From contig CM097886.1 of NCBI GenBank assembly GCA_044892525.1, positions 125,240,001 through 125,304,000 of the forward strand: 64,000 nt of DNA. Reading direction: 5' to 3'. This stretch comes from Schmidtea polychroa (taxonomy: Eukaryota). Positions 40,236-51,890 of the stretch are shown in pieces (position 1 is the stretch's first letter; each line of letters opens with the position of its first letter). The notes beneath the pieces are model-generated. The model made no database searches. It saw nothing but the letters and a program-made list of their open reading frames with translations, and was not told the DNA's origin. Made by a program: the position numbers and the translations under genes.

Positions 40236-40760
40236 CGTATGAATATAAATTGTGTTTTTGCGTGAAATTTCCGCTGATGCATCTGAAATTAGTTAGATGG
40301 CTACTTAAAGATGCTAACAAATTCATTCTGATCTCGTTGGCAGTTTCATTATAAATTCTCCGTCACATTTAACTGAACATGAACCTCGAATCTTAGTTTA
40401 TACTTTGGAATTCCAACAAAGGCCCGGCCGGATATCATCACTATATCATTTCTTATTATTTTGTTTCTGTCAACAATAATTGGGAACACGGAGCAATAAG
40501 TTCATGAAATAATTGTTTGGTAAAGGAGAGATCCTATAAATATTTTCTCTATTAAAATTTATTGAGAGCAGAAAAGTAAAATAATTCTAAATCTTTGTTA
40601 TGAACCCCTCACTTTAATATCATGGATATATCGATTTTCGTAGACATTCTCCTTCCATTTGTTTTTGTCCATTTTTAAATCTATTGTAAATGCATGTATT
40701 TTGTTGTAAAATCCACCTAACGTTTCTAAGTCTGTCTGAATCCTGTGTTCTTAGAACAAA
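40236..40760 (-). pseudogene. Ig-like module exon A, copy 4 (frameshifted)
   Basis: DNA homology to 14700-15185; reads AFVGIPKYKLRFEVHVQLNVT and YNETANEIRMNLLASLSSHLTNFRCISGNF; ends at the gap edge where the donor is expected. Confidence 0.7.
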
Positions 40761-41511
40761 TTAACTGGTTGAAAGCTTCAAATTAGGTTATTTCAAAGTA
40801 AAGGGGTGCAAAAGCAGTATATATTTATATAAATTATCCTATTGCACTTAATTTTATATTAAAAACTGAAAAACTTATTATTCTTCGGGAGAATCAGATA
40901 TTACCGCATTGCTAATGATGAGACGAGCATGGATAGAGTTGAGCGATCGGTCTTAGTGTTACTGGTGTATGATTACGGGCACCCTTGGCAAGCGGGTGGG
41001 ATGAGAGATTCGGATCCGAAATGGTGAGCTGGGATGATTGTATTATTACAGAGACTTGAACTCTTTGATCCGGGAGGCTAACTCTTTGTTTGTAAAGATT
41101 GAGCGGAGCGCTCAGGACTGCTCTTGTACCAGGGTTTGGTAGGTGCGGTTTTCCGCGATCAGGCTATCTCTGCAGTGTTCCAAGCTTCTGCTCATTCATC
41201 TGTGGAGGGAAGAACAAGGTCCCCTCCAATCGGTCTATTTTCTCTCACAGTAGCCGGATTTTCTCTGCCTGCTTCTTGTTGACTGCGTTTTTATCAGCGC
41301 AGGAATAACATGGCTTAATCGGGATAGTCATGAGGCTAAGTGATAATAAAAAAAACGTAAAAACGGTTTATGACAAATCAGGCTAAGATTTCCATATGAG
41401 TAATATAAAAAATATAAAAGCAAAACAATGTGGGAAATAAGTGGTTATTTTGTAGGGAATGTCCTGGGTCACTGCCAGTTGATATTATGATTACAAAAAA
41501 AATTATTATTA

Positions 41512-41559
<48 letters not shown>

Positions 41560-41955
41560 AAATTTCTTATTATTAATACTACAATTATCACTATTTTTCT
41601 CCCCAAATTCGTCATTATTATTNNNNNNNNNNNNNNNNNNNNNNNNNNNNNNNNNNNNNNNNNNNNNNNNNNNNNNNNNNNNNNNNNNNNNNNNNNNNNN
41701 NNNNNNNNNNNNNNNNNNNNNNNNNNNNNNNNNNNNNNNNNNNNNNNNNNNNNNNNNNNNNNNNNNNNNNNNNNNNNNNNNNNNNNNNNNNNNNNNNNNN
41801 NNNNNNNNNNNNNNNNNAGTAGTATTATCCTTATTATTGTTACCTTACTACCAAAATCATTGAATTTATTATTATTATTATCCCTACTATTATTACTAAA
41901 ATATTTATTTTATCGTTACTGTTATAGGGTTCCAACGTATTTCTTTAGATATGTA

Positions 41956-42195
41956 TGTAACGTGTGATGATATGTAAGAAGAGACTTCATGAACCCGATA
42001 GAGCCACCGATAAAAATTGTGGTGGGACAATCGGGGTGCGTGTATGTAGTTAACAAATGTCCTCGCACGAATGCCTACTAAATCGTATGATAATAAAAAT
42101 AATAATAATAGGAATGAAATATTAAATTAACCAAATAAAACTAACAAACTACAATTCAAACTTTTATTAAACAAACTAAAAGACCTTATTTAATT
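41956..42195 (+). repeat. Hairpin-bearing dispersed repeat, copy e (begins TGTAACG; LTR-like)
   Basis: Core ACCC GAT AGAG CCACC loop GGTGG GACA ATC GGGGT (41993-42037); CAAACTTTTATT...AAAGACCTTATT downstream. Confidence 0.75.
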
Positions 42196-43819
42196 GGGAT
42201 ATCACGAACCGGTGTCGTCGTCTTTTGAGATTGTTAATTATTTAATCGGGAAATTTAGCAAGTTGTGATTGAAATCAAAAGAGTTTTAAGTTATTATTGT
42301 TGGCTTAATTGAACTAAACTTTGATATCTTAGAGTAGTTCTTTAATCGGGAAATTTAGTAAATTGAGATTGAATTGGTTGATTCTGTCTTCTTGGTTTTT
42401 AATTATTCCTTCGATTGTTCAAAAATAGATTTCCGTAGTTATATCTTTCTTACTTTCTTTTATTGAATTTTTTAAAACTAATCAATTTTCTATAGTGATA
42501 ATTTACCAAGGTAAATAGAGAAAATATAGAGAAAAAAAATAAAAATAAATTCTTCTCCACGTGCAACGTGCGAGATTGTAATTTACATATAACAATACAT
42601 AACAATACATAACAGTTACCAAAAAGGGAATTATTATTAGTACCAAAATTACTTTATTGTTGTTAATTTTAATTTAAGGTCACCATCTTATTCCACTCTT
42701 ACTTATTGCTACTAGTGCTGGGGTGCTACTCGGTTGACTTAAGCGATTACGACGTTTCGTCTAAGGGATGATTGCCCATTCCATCTACTTCACCTACCAT
42801 TTCGTCAACTCGGAGCAGAACCCTGCATAATCTGTACTCCAACATAATACCCGTGAATCACTTCACGTTGGTAATGTATTATGCCGGCGAGACGCCAGAA
42901 CGCAGGTGAGCCACTACCTTAGGACTACTCCTTTCTGAGGCCTCGACTTCCTTTTCTCGACTGCCGATAGAAGGTCTTACGTCTACTTGTGTCATCGCTG
43001 TCAATCACTACATTGCATCTAAGCTGATTATAAGGCCTAATACGTCACCTAGTCTCAGAGAGCTTCATCAACCATTCGTAGAAAATTCATACCAAAACAC
43101 CGCGCAGAGAATTTACTCAAGAACAAAATGATTTATTACACGATAAATTTACAAAATAGGATACAGACAATATAGATACAGACATCTAAAATCAATTGTG
43201 GTTCCAGAACATTCGTGAAAAAGGAGTTATGACTTAGTGATTCATCCTCACTTTTCCCACTCAGTATCGGCCAAAAGTTCTTCCAAATCAAAAAACTCCG
43301 AAGAGTTTTCCTCCCAGGTAACGCCAGCGGCTGAGATGATGCGCCCTGGGGTTCCCGTTGTCAGATCGATTATCGGAACAGTGCTACTCGCGGTATTAGG
43401 ACTGATCACTGCTATTTTCTTCTCCTCGGCTATTCGTTCGCGCTGCTTCTTCTTTCTTTCGGCTCTAGATAATTGCCGTCGTTTAGGCTTCGAAGAATAA
43501 TAATTTTAAAATACACTGTATATGAAATAAACAAAGTTTGCACGATTATTAATTATCTGGAAGCAATATGATATATGCACCGTAAATTGACGATCAACAA
43601 AAGTAACACAGTTATTAAATTATGCAATTTACCTTTTTAATTTATTGGTTAGGTTTCGTTTTTTTGATAAAAATTTTTATAGTTTGTATTGTAATTATTA
43701 ACTGTATATTCTTTGTGTTGCATTTATTACATTTTTTGTATTATATCGTATTTTAAAAAGTTTTTATTATATTTTCAAAATATTAAAGCATGCGGGCCGC
43801 CGGTTGGCCACTCCTGGGT

Positions 43820-45555
43820 TACTGAATTGTCATATCAACACTAGTTGTCCTACACGCATACGTTCATTATGGTTCCATTGGTGTTTGAATGGGTTTAGGT
43901 ATAAACACGCACTGGACAAGCATGAAGTATTATGTAAACGAAATCAATTAGAAACAACTCTTTACACCTTCCCTCAAAATAAATTATTACAGTTTACTGA
44001 CTGGTCGAAAACAGTAACTCCTCCTTTTGTAGTTTATGCCGATTTTGAGGCTATTTTACCTTCCGATAATGTTCCAACGACACATGCCAATATCTGCTGG
44101 TCTTTTACTTGTAAATAACTTTGACGGATCTAAATCTTATCAACAGTTCATAGGTTTAGATTGCGTCGAGAGTTTTTTAAGTGCTATAGAGGATATAGCA
44201 TTAAATAAGGTTCTTCCTTTTTATTATAAAATGGGTAGGAAACCTATGATGAAATTAACAAAAATTGAACAACGTCAATTTGTTAGTGCATCTGTTTGTT
44301 ATCTTTGTATGAAATCTATCGTCGATCCTGTTAGAGATCACGATCATTTTACGGTGAAATACTTGGGTGCAGCTTGTAGCACATGTAACATAAATAGGAA
44401 AATAAATAAAATTTTGCCTATCGTATTTCACAACTTGAAAGGATACGATATGCACCATATACTTAAATATGGTTTAAATAAATTTAAAAATTGGACTTTA
44501 GGTTGCATCCCAATAACGACTGAAAAATTCATTTCTTTGATTGCGCATTTAGGAAAAATTAGCTTAAGATTCATTGATTCTTATCAATTTGTTAATGATT
44601 CTTTAGCTAAAGCAGTCAAAACTTTGAATACTTTACCTTTAACTAATCCTGTTTTTACTGGCACTATAGTTTCTGAAAAAGGAATCTTTCCTTATAATTT
44701 CGCTACATCTTTAGATATTCTCCAAACTACTTATGAATTACCACCAATCTGGGAAGGTGTCACTGAACTCGAGTATGAAAAAGCTCAGGAGATTTGGGTT
44801 GAAACTAATTGCGTAACTTTATTAAACTACATGATGATATACTTAAAACTCGATTGTTTTCTTTTGGCCGATTTCTTTCAACAATTTCGTTTGAAATCTA
44901 TTGCTCACAATAGATTAGAACCATTGAATTATTTCGGAATTCCTGGTATGTCTTGGTCTTCTGCATTAATGTCTTTAGATGAACCGATTGAACTGATAAC
45001 TGAAAACGAAATGTTTAGCTTCATGAGGGTGGAATAAGAGGAGGTCTTACTTTTGTAAATAAACATTATGTAAAAACCGATGAAAACACCGAGTTACTTT
45101 ATATAGATATTAATAATCTTTACGGTTGGGCTTTAAGTCAACCATTACCTTGTGGTGAATTTAGTTGGGTTCTTGATGGATTTGATTTAATAATGGATGA
45201 ATGTAGGAATTTAAATCTTGAATCTTTGTCTTATAGATACACTCTTGAAGTTGATCTTGTAATTCCTTCTGAGCTTCATGATAAGTTGGATGATTTCCCT
45301 GTAGCTGCTGAAAAAATGAAACCTGCTGGGTCTAAGGTTGAAAAATTATTATTAACTCATCTTCCAAAATCTAATTATGTGATTCATTGGAGATTATTAA
45401 AATTATATTTGGAACTTGGTGTTAAAGTTACACGCATAAATAGGGGTGTAAGATTTAAACAATCTCCAATTTTTAAAACATATATAGATACCAATACAGA
45501 ATTAAGGTCAAAAAGCGTAAATAATTTAGAGAAAAATTTAAAAATCTTACTTTAA
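43820..45555 (+). pseudogene. Protein-primed family B DNA polymerase fragment (Polinton/Maverick/adintovirus type)
   Basis: Exo I VVYADFEAIL; endonuclease-VII-like CYLC...VRDHDHFT...AACSTCN; Exo II FHNLKGYDMHHI; Exo III YLKLDCFLLAD; GGIRGGL and motif A YIDINNLYGWALSQPLP. Frameshifts near 44080 and 45025; truncated before the K-x3-N-x2-(Y/F)G motif. Confidence 0.9.
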
Positions 45556-46058
45556 TTTACTTATTTAAAAATTATTACTTTAATTTACTTATTTAACTTT
45601 AATTTAAAAATTTTTACCATTGATTACTTAATTTTAAAATTTGGACCTTAATTAACTTTAATTCAAAAATTTACCATGATTTTTTAGTGTAAACCCTTTT
45701 TTTATTGAAAATCATAGGACTAAGGTGACCCCTCATTCATTATAGTCTAAATAATTCCATGCTTTTTAGTGTAGACCACTTTTTTTATTGAAATTCTCAG
45801 GACCAAGGAGACCCCCTCACTATAGTCTAAAAAAAATTTGGACTAAAAATCCCTGAAAGCAAAAAAAATGAGTTGGGAACAATTGCGTAATCAAAAAATG
45901 TCTACGGAAAAAATTATGCAATCAAAAGTTGCAACATTTTTACCCCCCCCCCCCCCTATTGCGACGGGAAGCCCCTAACTACCTACTCCCCCACTTTGGA
46001 GAATAACCAGGTCAACTCGATTTTATAAAGATCACGAAAATATATAGTCCTTATATAG

Positions 46059-46851
46059 CAAGGTTGGGCACGCATGGGTTCAATAAGAGCCATTTTCCGA
46101 AAATTTATTTTTTACAGAGCCACAATAGTAAAGTACATATTTTTTTTTATTTCATTAATTTGATTAAAGAGACTTAAACGCTATTAAAAAAAACAAAATA
46201 ATTGACTTACTTCATAGTGTCGACGTAAATTGGTTACTTTGTAGTTGGAAATTGTACCTTTACAAATAAGACACAACGATTTACCATTATTGTCAATAAA
46301 AAAAAACTTTTCTGTCCATTCTTCTAGAAAAGTTCTATTTTCTTGTCTGTATTTTCGTTTTTTGATGTTTTCTGATGTCATTATAATAATAAATTTAAAT
46401 AACTATATGGCTGAAATTTAAACAAAATAATAAAAAGACATTAATTTAATTTTAATTAGTTTAAAATTTTAAAATGCTTCATAAAAAAATCTTCTTACCA
46501 AATTTTTCAAAAAACACGAATAGAAAACTATACTAAAATATACAAACGACCGCAATCTTGTACAAACAAAATAATAACCAATCAAAATTCACTAAATTTA
46601 TTTTTGATGCTTCTCTCTCGTTGTTATAACAAAGCGCCGCCTACTACAAAATAATTTTAAAAAGCAGTAAAATGTGAAAAACAATGTTTCGTTAATTTTT
46701 GACATTTATGAAAATACAATTGTTACAAAAAATTTTTTCTCAAAACATTTAGTGAAAAATTTCAAAATAAAAAATCGAATTCGATTATCAAGAATTCAAT
46801 TATCAATGAGCCGCAGTTTACTCAACGAAGAGCCGCATTTGCCCACCGTTG
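46059..46851 (-). mobile_element. Non-autonomous hAT element (793 bp) with 5' transposase stub
   Basis: TIRs CAAGGTTGGGCA / TGCCCACCGTTG; exact 8-bp TSD TTATATAG (46051-46058, 46852-46859); ORF MTSENIKKRKYRQENRTFLEEWTEKFFF...CLICK...NLRRHYE (zinc-finger start of GTF2IRD2-like hATs). Confidence 0.9.
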
Positions 46852-48360
46852 TTATATAGAAACAATGTATAGTTTCCATGGAAATGAGCTCCAAAGTCTC
46901 TAAATTTACGCCATAATTTAACAACTATATATTATGATAACCACACCAGTCTTATATTATACAAATAAAATCATATTCTTCCACACATGATAGGAATATA
47001 ATATTTTGCAAATATTTTTTAAAAATATGAAAGTACTTTAAAGTGAAGGTCACACCACTTGAATTAGAAAAAAATTTGGAAAAAAATGCCTGGATAAATT
47101 TTGAAAAGTTTAAGGTCACATCACTTAGAATTTTGTATATAAAAATACTTGGTAAAAATCAACAAATTACTAGAAAAAATCACAAGTATAGGATATTTAC
47201 AAAATATTTCCAACTCAAAATTTTCCCCAAATTTTAAAAAGGTCCAAAGTCCAAATTTTAAATCAAATTTTTTAAATTAAACACAAAACATGCATATCCA
47301 AGTTATTTAAATATAAAGATTAAAATCATCAAAATCAAATCTGGTTTTAAATTTATTCTTATGAAATTACCCACAAGTAGTAATACGGCAATCTCCTCAG
47401 TTCGACACCCTCAAAAAACAAAATCGGCTTTTCCCGTCCTGGCCAAAATTTCCACCAAATTTAATTGAAAAAATTTCAAAAGCTAGTTAAATGAAATAGA
47501 TTACCCTCCAATACGAGAAATGGTGATTACACCTTTCATGGCGAATACAACCGAGGAAGAAGTAAGCAACACGAGCATAAGGCTCGGCACTAATATTTGT
47601 CACCCAAGTGTACCCGAATTTAGTGGTAAATTACGGTACTGTTTAAATTCTGAAAATCAAAAAGGAAAATTTAAATTTCTAATTACCATCAAGTGGTAAA
47701 CAAGATATTTTAAATTAAAATGATTAATTTAAACAAAGTTAATTTAACCTATGTAATTTGAAAAAAAAGAGAAATCAGACAGAAGTTACGTCAAATATTA
47801 TGACGAGATAATTAAGTAAATCGAGATATTTGGACAAATAGCTAGAATCTATTTTAAAATAAACCACAAGATTTTTCAGTTAGTTGTTAAGGTAGTTAGT
47901 CAAGCAACGCAAAGGGTTTGTAAGTTATAAATTAATCACCACGCCGAGCTTTATAAATTTTTTTTTGTGTTGCCTAAATTTAGAGTGGAAATTTGTAATT
48001 GCTATATTCCAAGTTAGTATTCAGGTTACTTGGAGGGGTTTCGAAACGGGAATTCACAAGGCAACATTATTTTCTTTTGTTGAGCTATAACTTCATGGCG
48101 AATGAGGATCTTGTTGGTTTGTAGCAATACTACGACTTGTATTTCAAGTTCGAACCAGGGATGTTTAGTAGCTGAGAATCAACCCGGATAGCAGGTAGGG
48201 ATTGCTGAAACGATAGTCTAATGTGGCTTGTCTCTTAGGGTTGTTGGTCTGTGATCTAGAATTAGTTTGGGTGGAACGGTGAGGTTAAATTTTTTTTTAA
48301 TTATAAACTATTGTCGTTAACCATTTGATAAAAATGTTATCAGATTGATACGATTTCGCT

Positions 48361-48789
48361 ATGTCTAACCGAACAAAACGGGATATAGCTCGCAAGGCCA
48401 GCACTTCGTCGGCCGATCTGCCTCATGAGCCGACTCCGAACTATAATAAAAGCCCAACTTCCCCTCCTATGGACGCAGAAGCCAAATCCCTTATCAGGCT
48501 CCGATTCAGATGGATCTGGTACCGGATCCACGAATGGATGTACGGAGACACCGTACCTGTAGAACCTAAGGTCGAGCCGTACATCAACTATGCAAAGCAG
48601 GCTCAGATGTGGGCCCTTGAGGATGTCGGAGGAGCAGTGTGCTGGGTCGAACAAGCGATTTTGTCGGGTGAACTCGAGGACTTCGATCGGATAGCCGCCA
48701 TCCAGCGCGGACTGGACCTTCCATGGAACAGGTCTGGTAAAGCTCAGAGACCAACTCGAAGCACGCCCAGGAGGCGAGGACGACCTTGA
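48361..48789 (+). CDS. Orphan 142-aa ORF in a GC-richer island
   Basis: ATG-started, uninterrupted, visibly more GC-rich than background; no recognisable domain. Confidence 0.3.
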   Translation: MSNRTKRDIARKASTSSADLPHEPTPNYNKSPTSPPMDAEAKSLIRLRFRWIWYRIHEWMYGDTVPVEPKVEPYINYAKQAQMWALEDVGGAVCWVEQAILSGELEDFDRIAAIQRGLDLPWNRSGKAQRPTRSTPRRRGRP

Positions 48790-50384
48790 AAAATACTACC
48801 AGGTCGTTGAAACCCGTCAACTTATAACACATCCTCTTGTGACAGAAACCTGCCATCTCATATGGGGCAATATCGTGCATGTTTGTATAACACCACATTT
48901 AGTTTATTTTGTGATTTGAAATTCTATAAACTATAATATAATGTGATCTCGTCTTGGTGATATACTTTAAACGGGGGTGATTGCCCAAAACAAAAGTTTC
49001 GGGTTTAGCAATTCATATACTAGCTAGCGTTACCTAATATAGCCTCTAATGTAATGTACATTGTTAGGATTCGTCTTAATTTTAGACATTAATAAATTCA
49101 AAGTCGTGAATAATTATATATTATTTAAACAACATATTTTCTTAATTCATTTCTGGGGAATTAATTCAAATTCAAATAATATTTCGAACAATATCAACAT
49201 TCGATTTCAACATACCACAACATTCAAATAATCAAATATAAATACTATAAATATGAATAGTTTATATAAATACATCTTACATACATCAATCAGATAATGG
49301 TAGTATAGCGTGACCCTTGATTCGTAGTAACTATATAAATTAAGGAATGCTCCAGGTTTAATGTCCTTTCCGAAACATTGTGATTAATGCACTAATATGA
49401 TTATCAATCCATCAGAGAAACCACAACTTTATTTAATCTCTTCGTTTAATGTTCAAATTGCTCTAAATTATGCGCCAGGATTGGAAACAGGCGCAACAAC
49501 AAGCCGGAAAATTGCAATCAGGGCTCACCAAATTTAAGGGGCGGCGCCGGGAACTGGAAGTCACATGGTTCAGTCCCATCGAAATGCAGAAGCGCCTAAA
49601 GCTGATTCAACAGCTACAGCTCCAGAGCGCCCCGGACCATACGGAGATCCGAGCTCTCTGCCTTCAAAGTCGCTAGCTGGAAACACAACTACATTAGAAA
49701 GCCATCGACCAAGATGTAGCCGTCCAAATCCGACCTATGGCGGAGGTAACAGCAACCAACGGTGGATCTGAGTCACTCGCCAGGTCAAAGAAGAGGGTCC
49801 GACCTTGGAAGACAGCTAGGGCGAAATTCAGACGGGCGCAGGTGACAAACTGAACTGTTTGAGTTACACTAAAAAAATCAAATGTTATTTAAATAAACAT
49901 ACGTGTCGGTTAAGGCTGAAGGGGAGAAAATCTCACCATTTAAATTCTAAAACTTTTATTTCTTCAATCTATGAATGATAAGCCGAGTCTCAATCGTTAG
50001 AACGTGGGTCTGTCTGAGTGGTGACATCCTCTAGGTAGTTAAAGAATAGACATGGAAAACCATGGCCGTTTGGATTCATTTAGTCTTTCAGGATCAAGAC
50101 ATTTTTAAGGCTTTAGGACTTTGATTTTTGGAATAGCTTGGTATAGGATATGTATAGGACATCCATAGTTGATTGATTAGGAGAGCTAAATAGCATCTGT
50201 CTGATAATTGTCTTTATCTGATCAATGTCTGTTTATGGTATTATATAGTACAAAGATATATAAGACATAATAATAAAGGACTACCAGGACGGGCAAAATC
50301 CGTACATAAATTCTTACAAAAACCCGAAAGATAGATGACAATTTATGATTGTACAAATAAGGATAATAACCAGTTTGTATATAG

Positions 50385-50590
50385 ATAAGGGCAGTGATAG
50401 GTAGTAGTACTAATATATAGATAATAGTAGTAATATAGTAGTGATAGATAATAGGAGTGATAGTTCTGAATAGTGATAAATAAGAGTAGTGACAGATAGG
50501 GATAGATAACAGTAGTGACAGATAGGGATATATAAGAGTAATGATAGATAATAGGAGTGATAGATAAGAGTAGCAATAATATAATACATA
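50385..50590. repeat. Degenerate purine-rich minisatellite
   Basis: Reiterated GATAGATAATAGGAGTGATAG and AGTAGTGACAGATAGGGATA units. Confidence 0.75.
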
Positions 50591-51148
50591 GAATAGGATA
50601 CAAGAAAAATTATTTGAGACCATGTACTATTATGTCATAACTGTTGTTGATGTGTACCATTACTTTTTCAATTTACCATTTATTTTCAAGAGACTCAAAT
50701 TGAGATATAAAGGTAAGACGGATTCGGTAACACGATCAAAAATAAAGGGACCGGTAGAAATCGGACATAGGCCTTCTATCGGCAGTCCGTGAACCCAAGT
50801 GAGTACAGGACAATTATATTATGCCGAGCATGCTCACTTTTTGCCGGTACCCAATCCCTTGATACAGTACCAACGTTGATCATTCAACGGGTATCAAGTG
50901 GTCAAACTTCAAATGTATTCTGGGTTACGCTGGAAACAGCACGACAAGGTAAAAGGTTCGATTACCTGTAACTCATCATTTTCAACAGATAGAAGATGCG
51001 AGTAGATTTTTGATCCAAATTCACCTGTTTGACTTTACACTGTTGCTTGAAATTCTATAAGACTTTAAAAGTTATTAAATGTCTTGTAATTTTCTTGCAA
51101 TAGAGTTGAATCAGCAATATTTTATAGTTAAATCTTCGCGTCTCCTGC

Positions 51149-51190
51149 ATAATACTGATGAGAGCCAAAAGTTCGAAACTAGTCTACTAT
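51149..51190 (+). ncRNA. Minimal type I hammerhead ribozyme
   Basis: CUGAUGA (51155-51161); stem II GAGC/GUUC with CAAAA loop; GAAA (51175-51178); palindromic mini stem III ACUAGU; GUC cleavage triplet (51182-51184); stem I AUAAUA/UACUAU with one A-C mismatch. Confidence 0.75.
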
Positions 51191-51890
51191 TGGGATTTGC
51201 ACTGGGTATCACAAAGCTTGTAATGTTTATATTATTTTAATGTTAGACATCCGTAAAAAATTATTTTACACAATAATTATAATAATAAAAGTTTTCAATT
51301 ATAAAAAGGTGAATGCAATTTTTAAGTTTATTTGACGCTATTGCAATAAAATATTTTTCATGCTAGCTTTATAAAGTTTCATTTGTAAATTAATGTTTAA
51401 AACTAAGATTGCGAAACCCATTTATAATTGAGAAAATATAGATAATAGAACAAGTACAATATTGATATCTAGGCAATGTCTGGTGTTTCCCATCTTTATT
51501 TATATTTATATTCATTTTGTTTGAGAAGATGTATAGAAAGCAGTGAAACAAATAGTGTCAGGACCTATTTAACGTCGAAATATTTCATTTTATGAATAAA
51601 TNNNNNNNNNNNNNNNNNNNNNNNNNNNNNNNNNNNNNNNNNNNNNNNNNNNNNNNNNNNNNNNNNNNNNNNNNNNNNNNNNNNNNNNNNNNNNNNNNNN
51701 NNNNNNNNNNNNNNNNNNNNNNNNNNNNNNNNNNNNNNNNNNNNNNNNNNNNNNNNTGAGGAAATTAGAACAACCATGACATTGGACAAGTATAAAATAA
51801 ATGTAAAAATTATTATTTTTATTTATTTATATTTATTCAAATTTCCAATATAAAAAAGAAACAATAATGTATGATAAAGATACGAGGACG

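Noticed and set aside
50222-50623. Tyr/Ile/Leu-rich ORFs
   Set aside because: Translation of the minisatellite.
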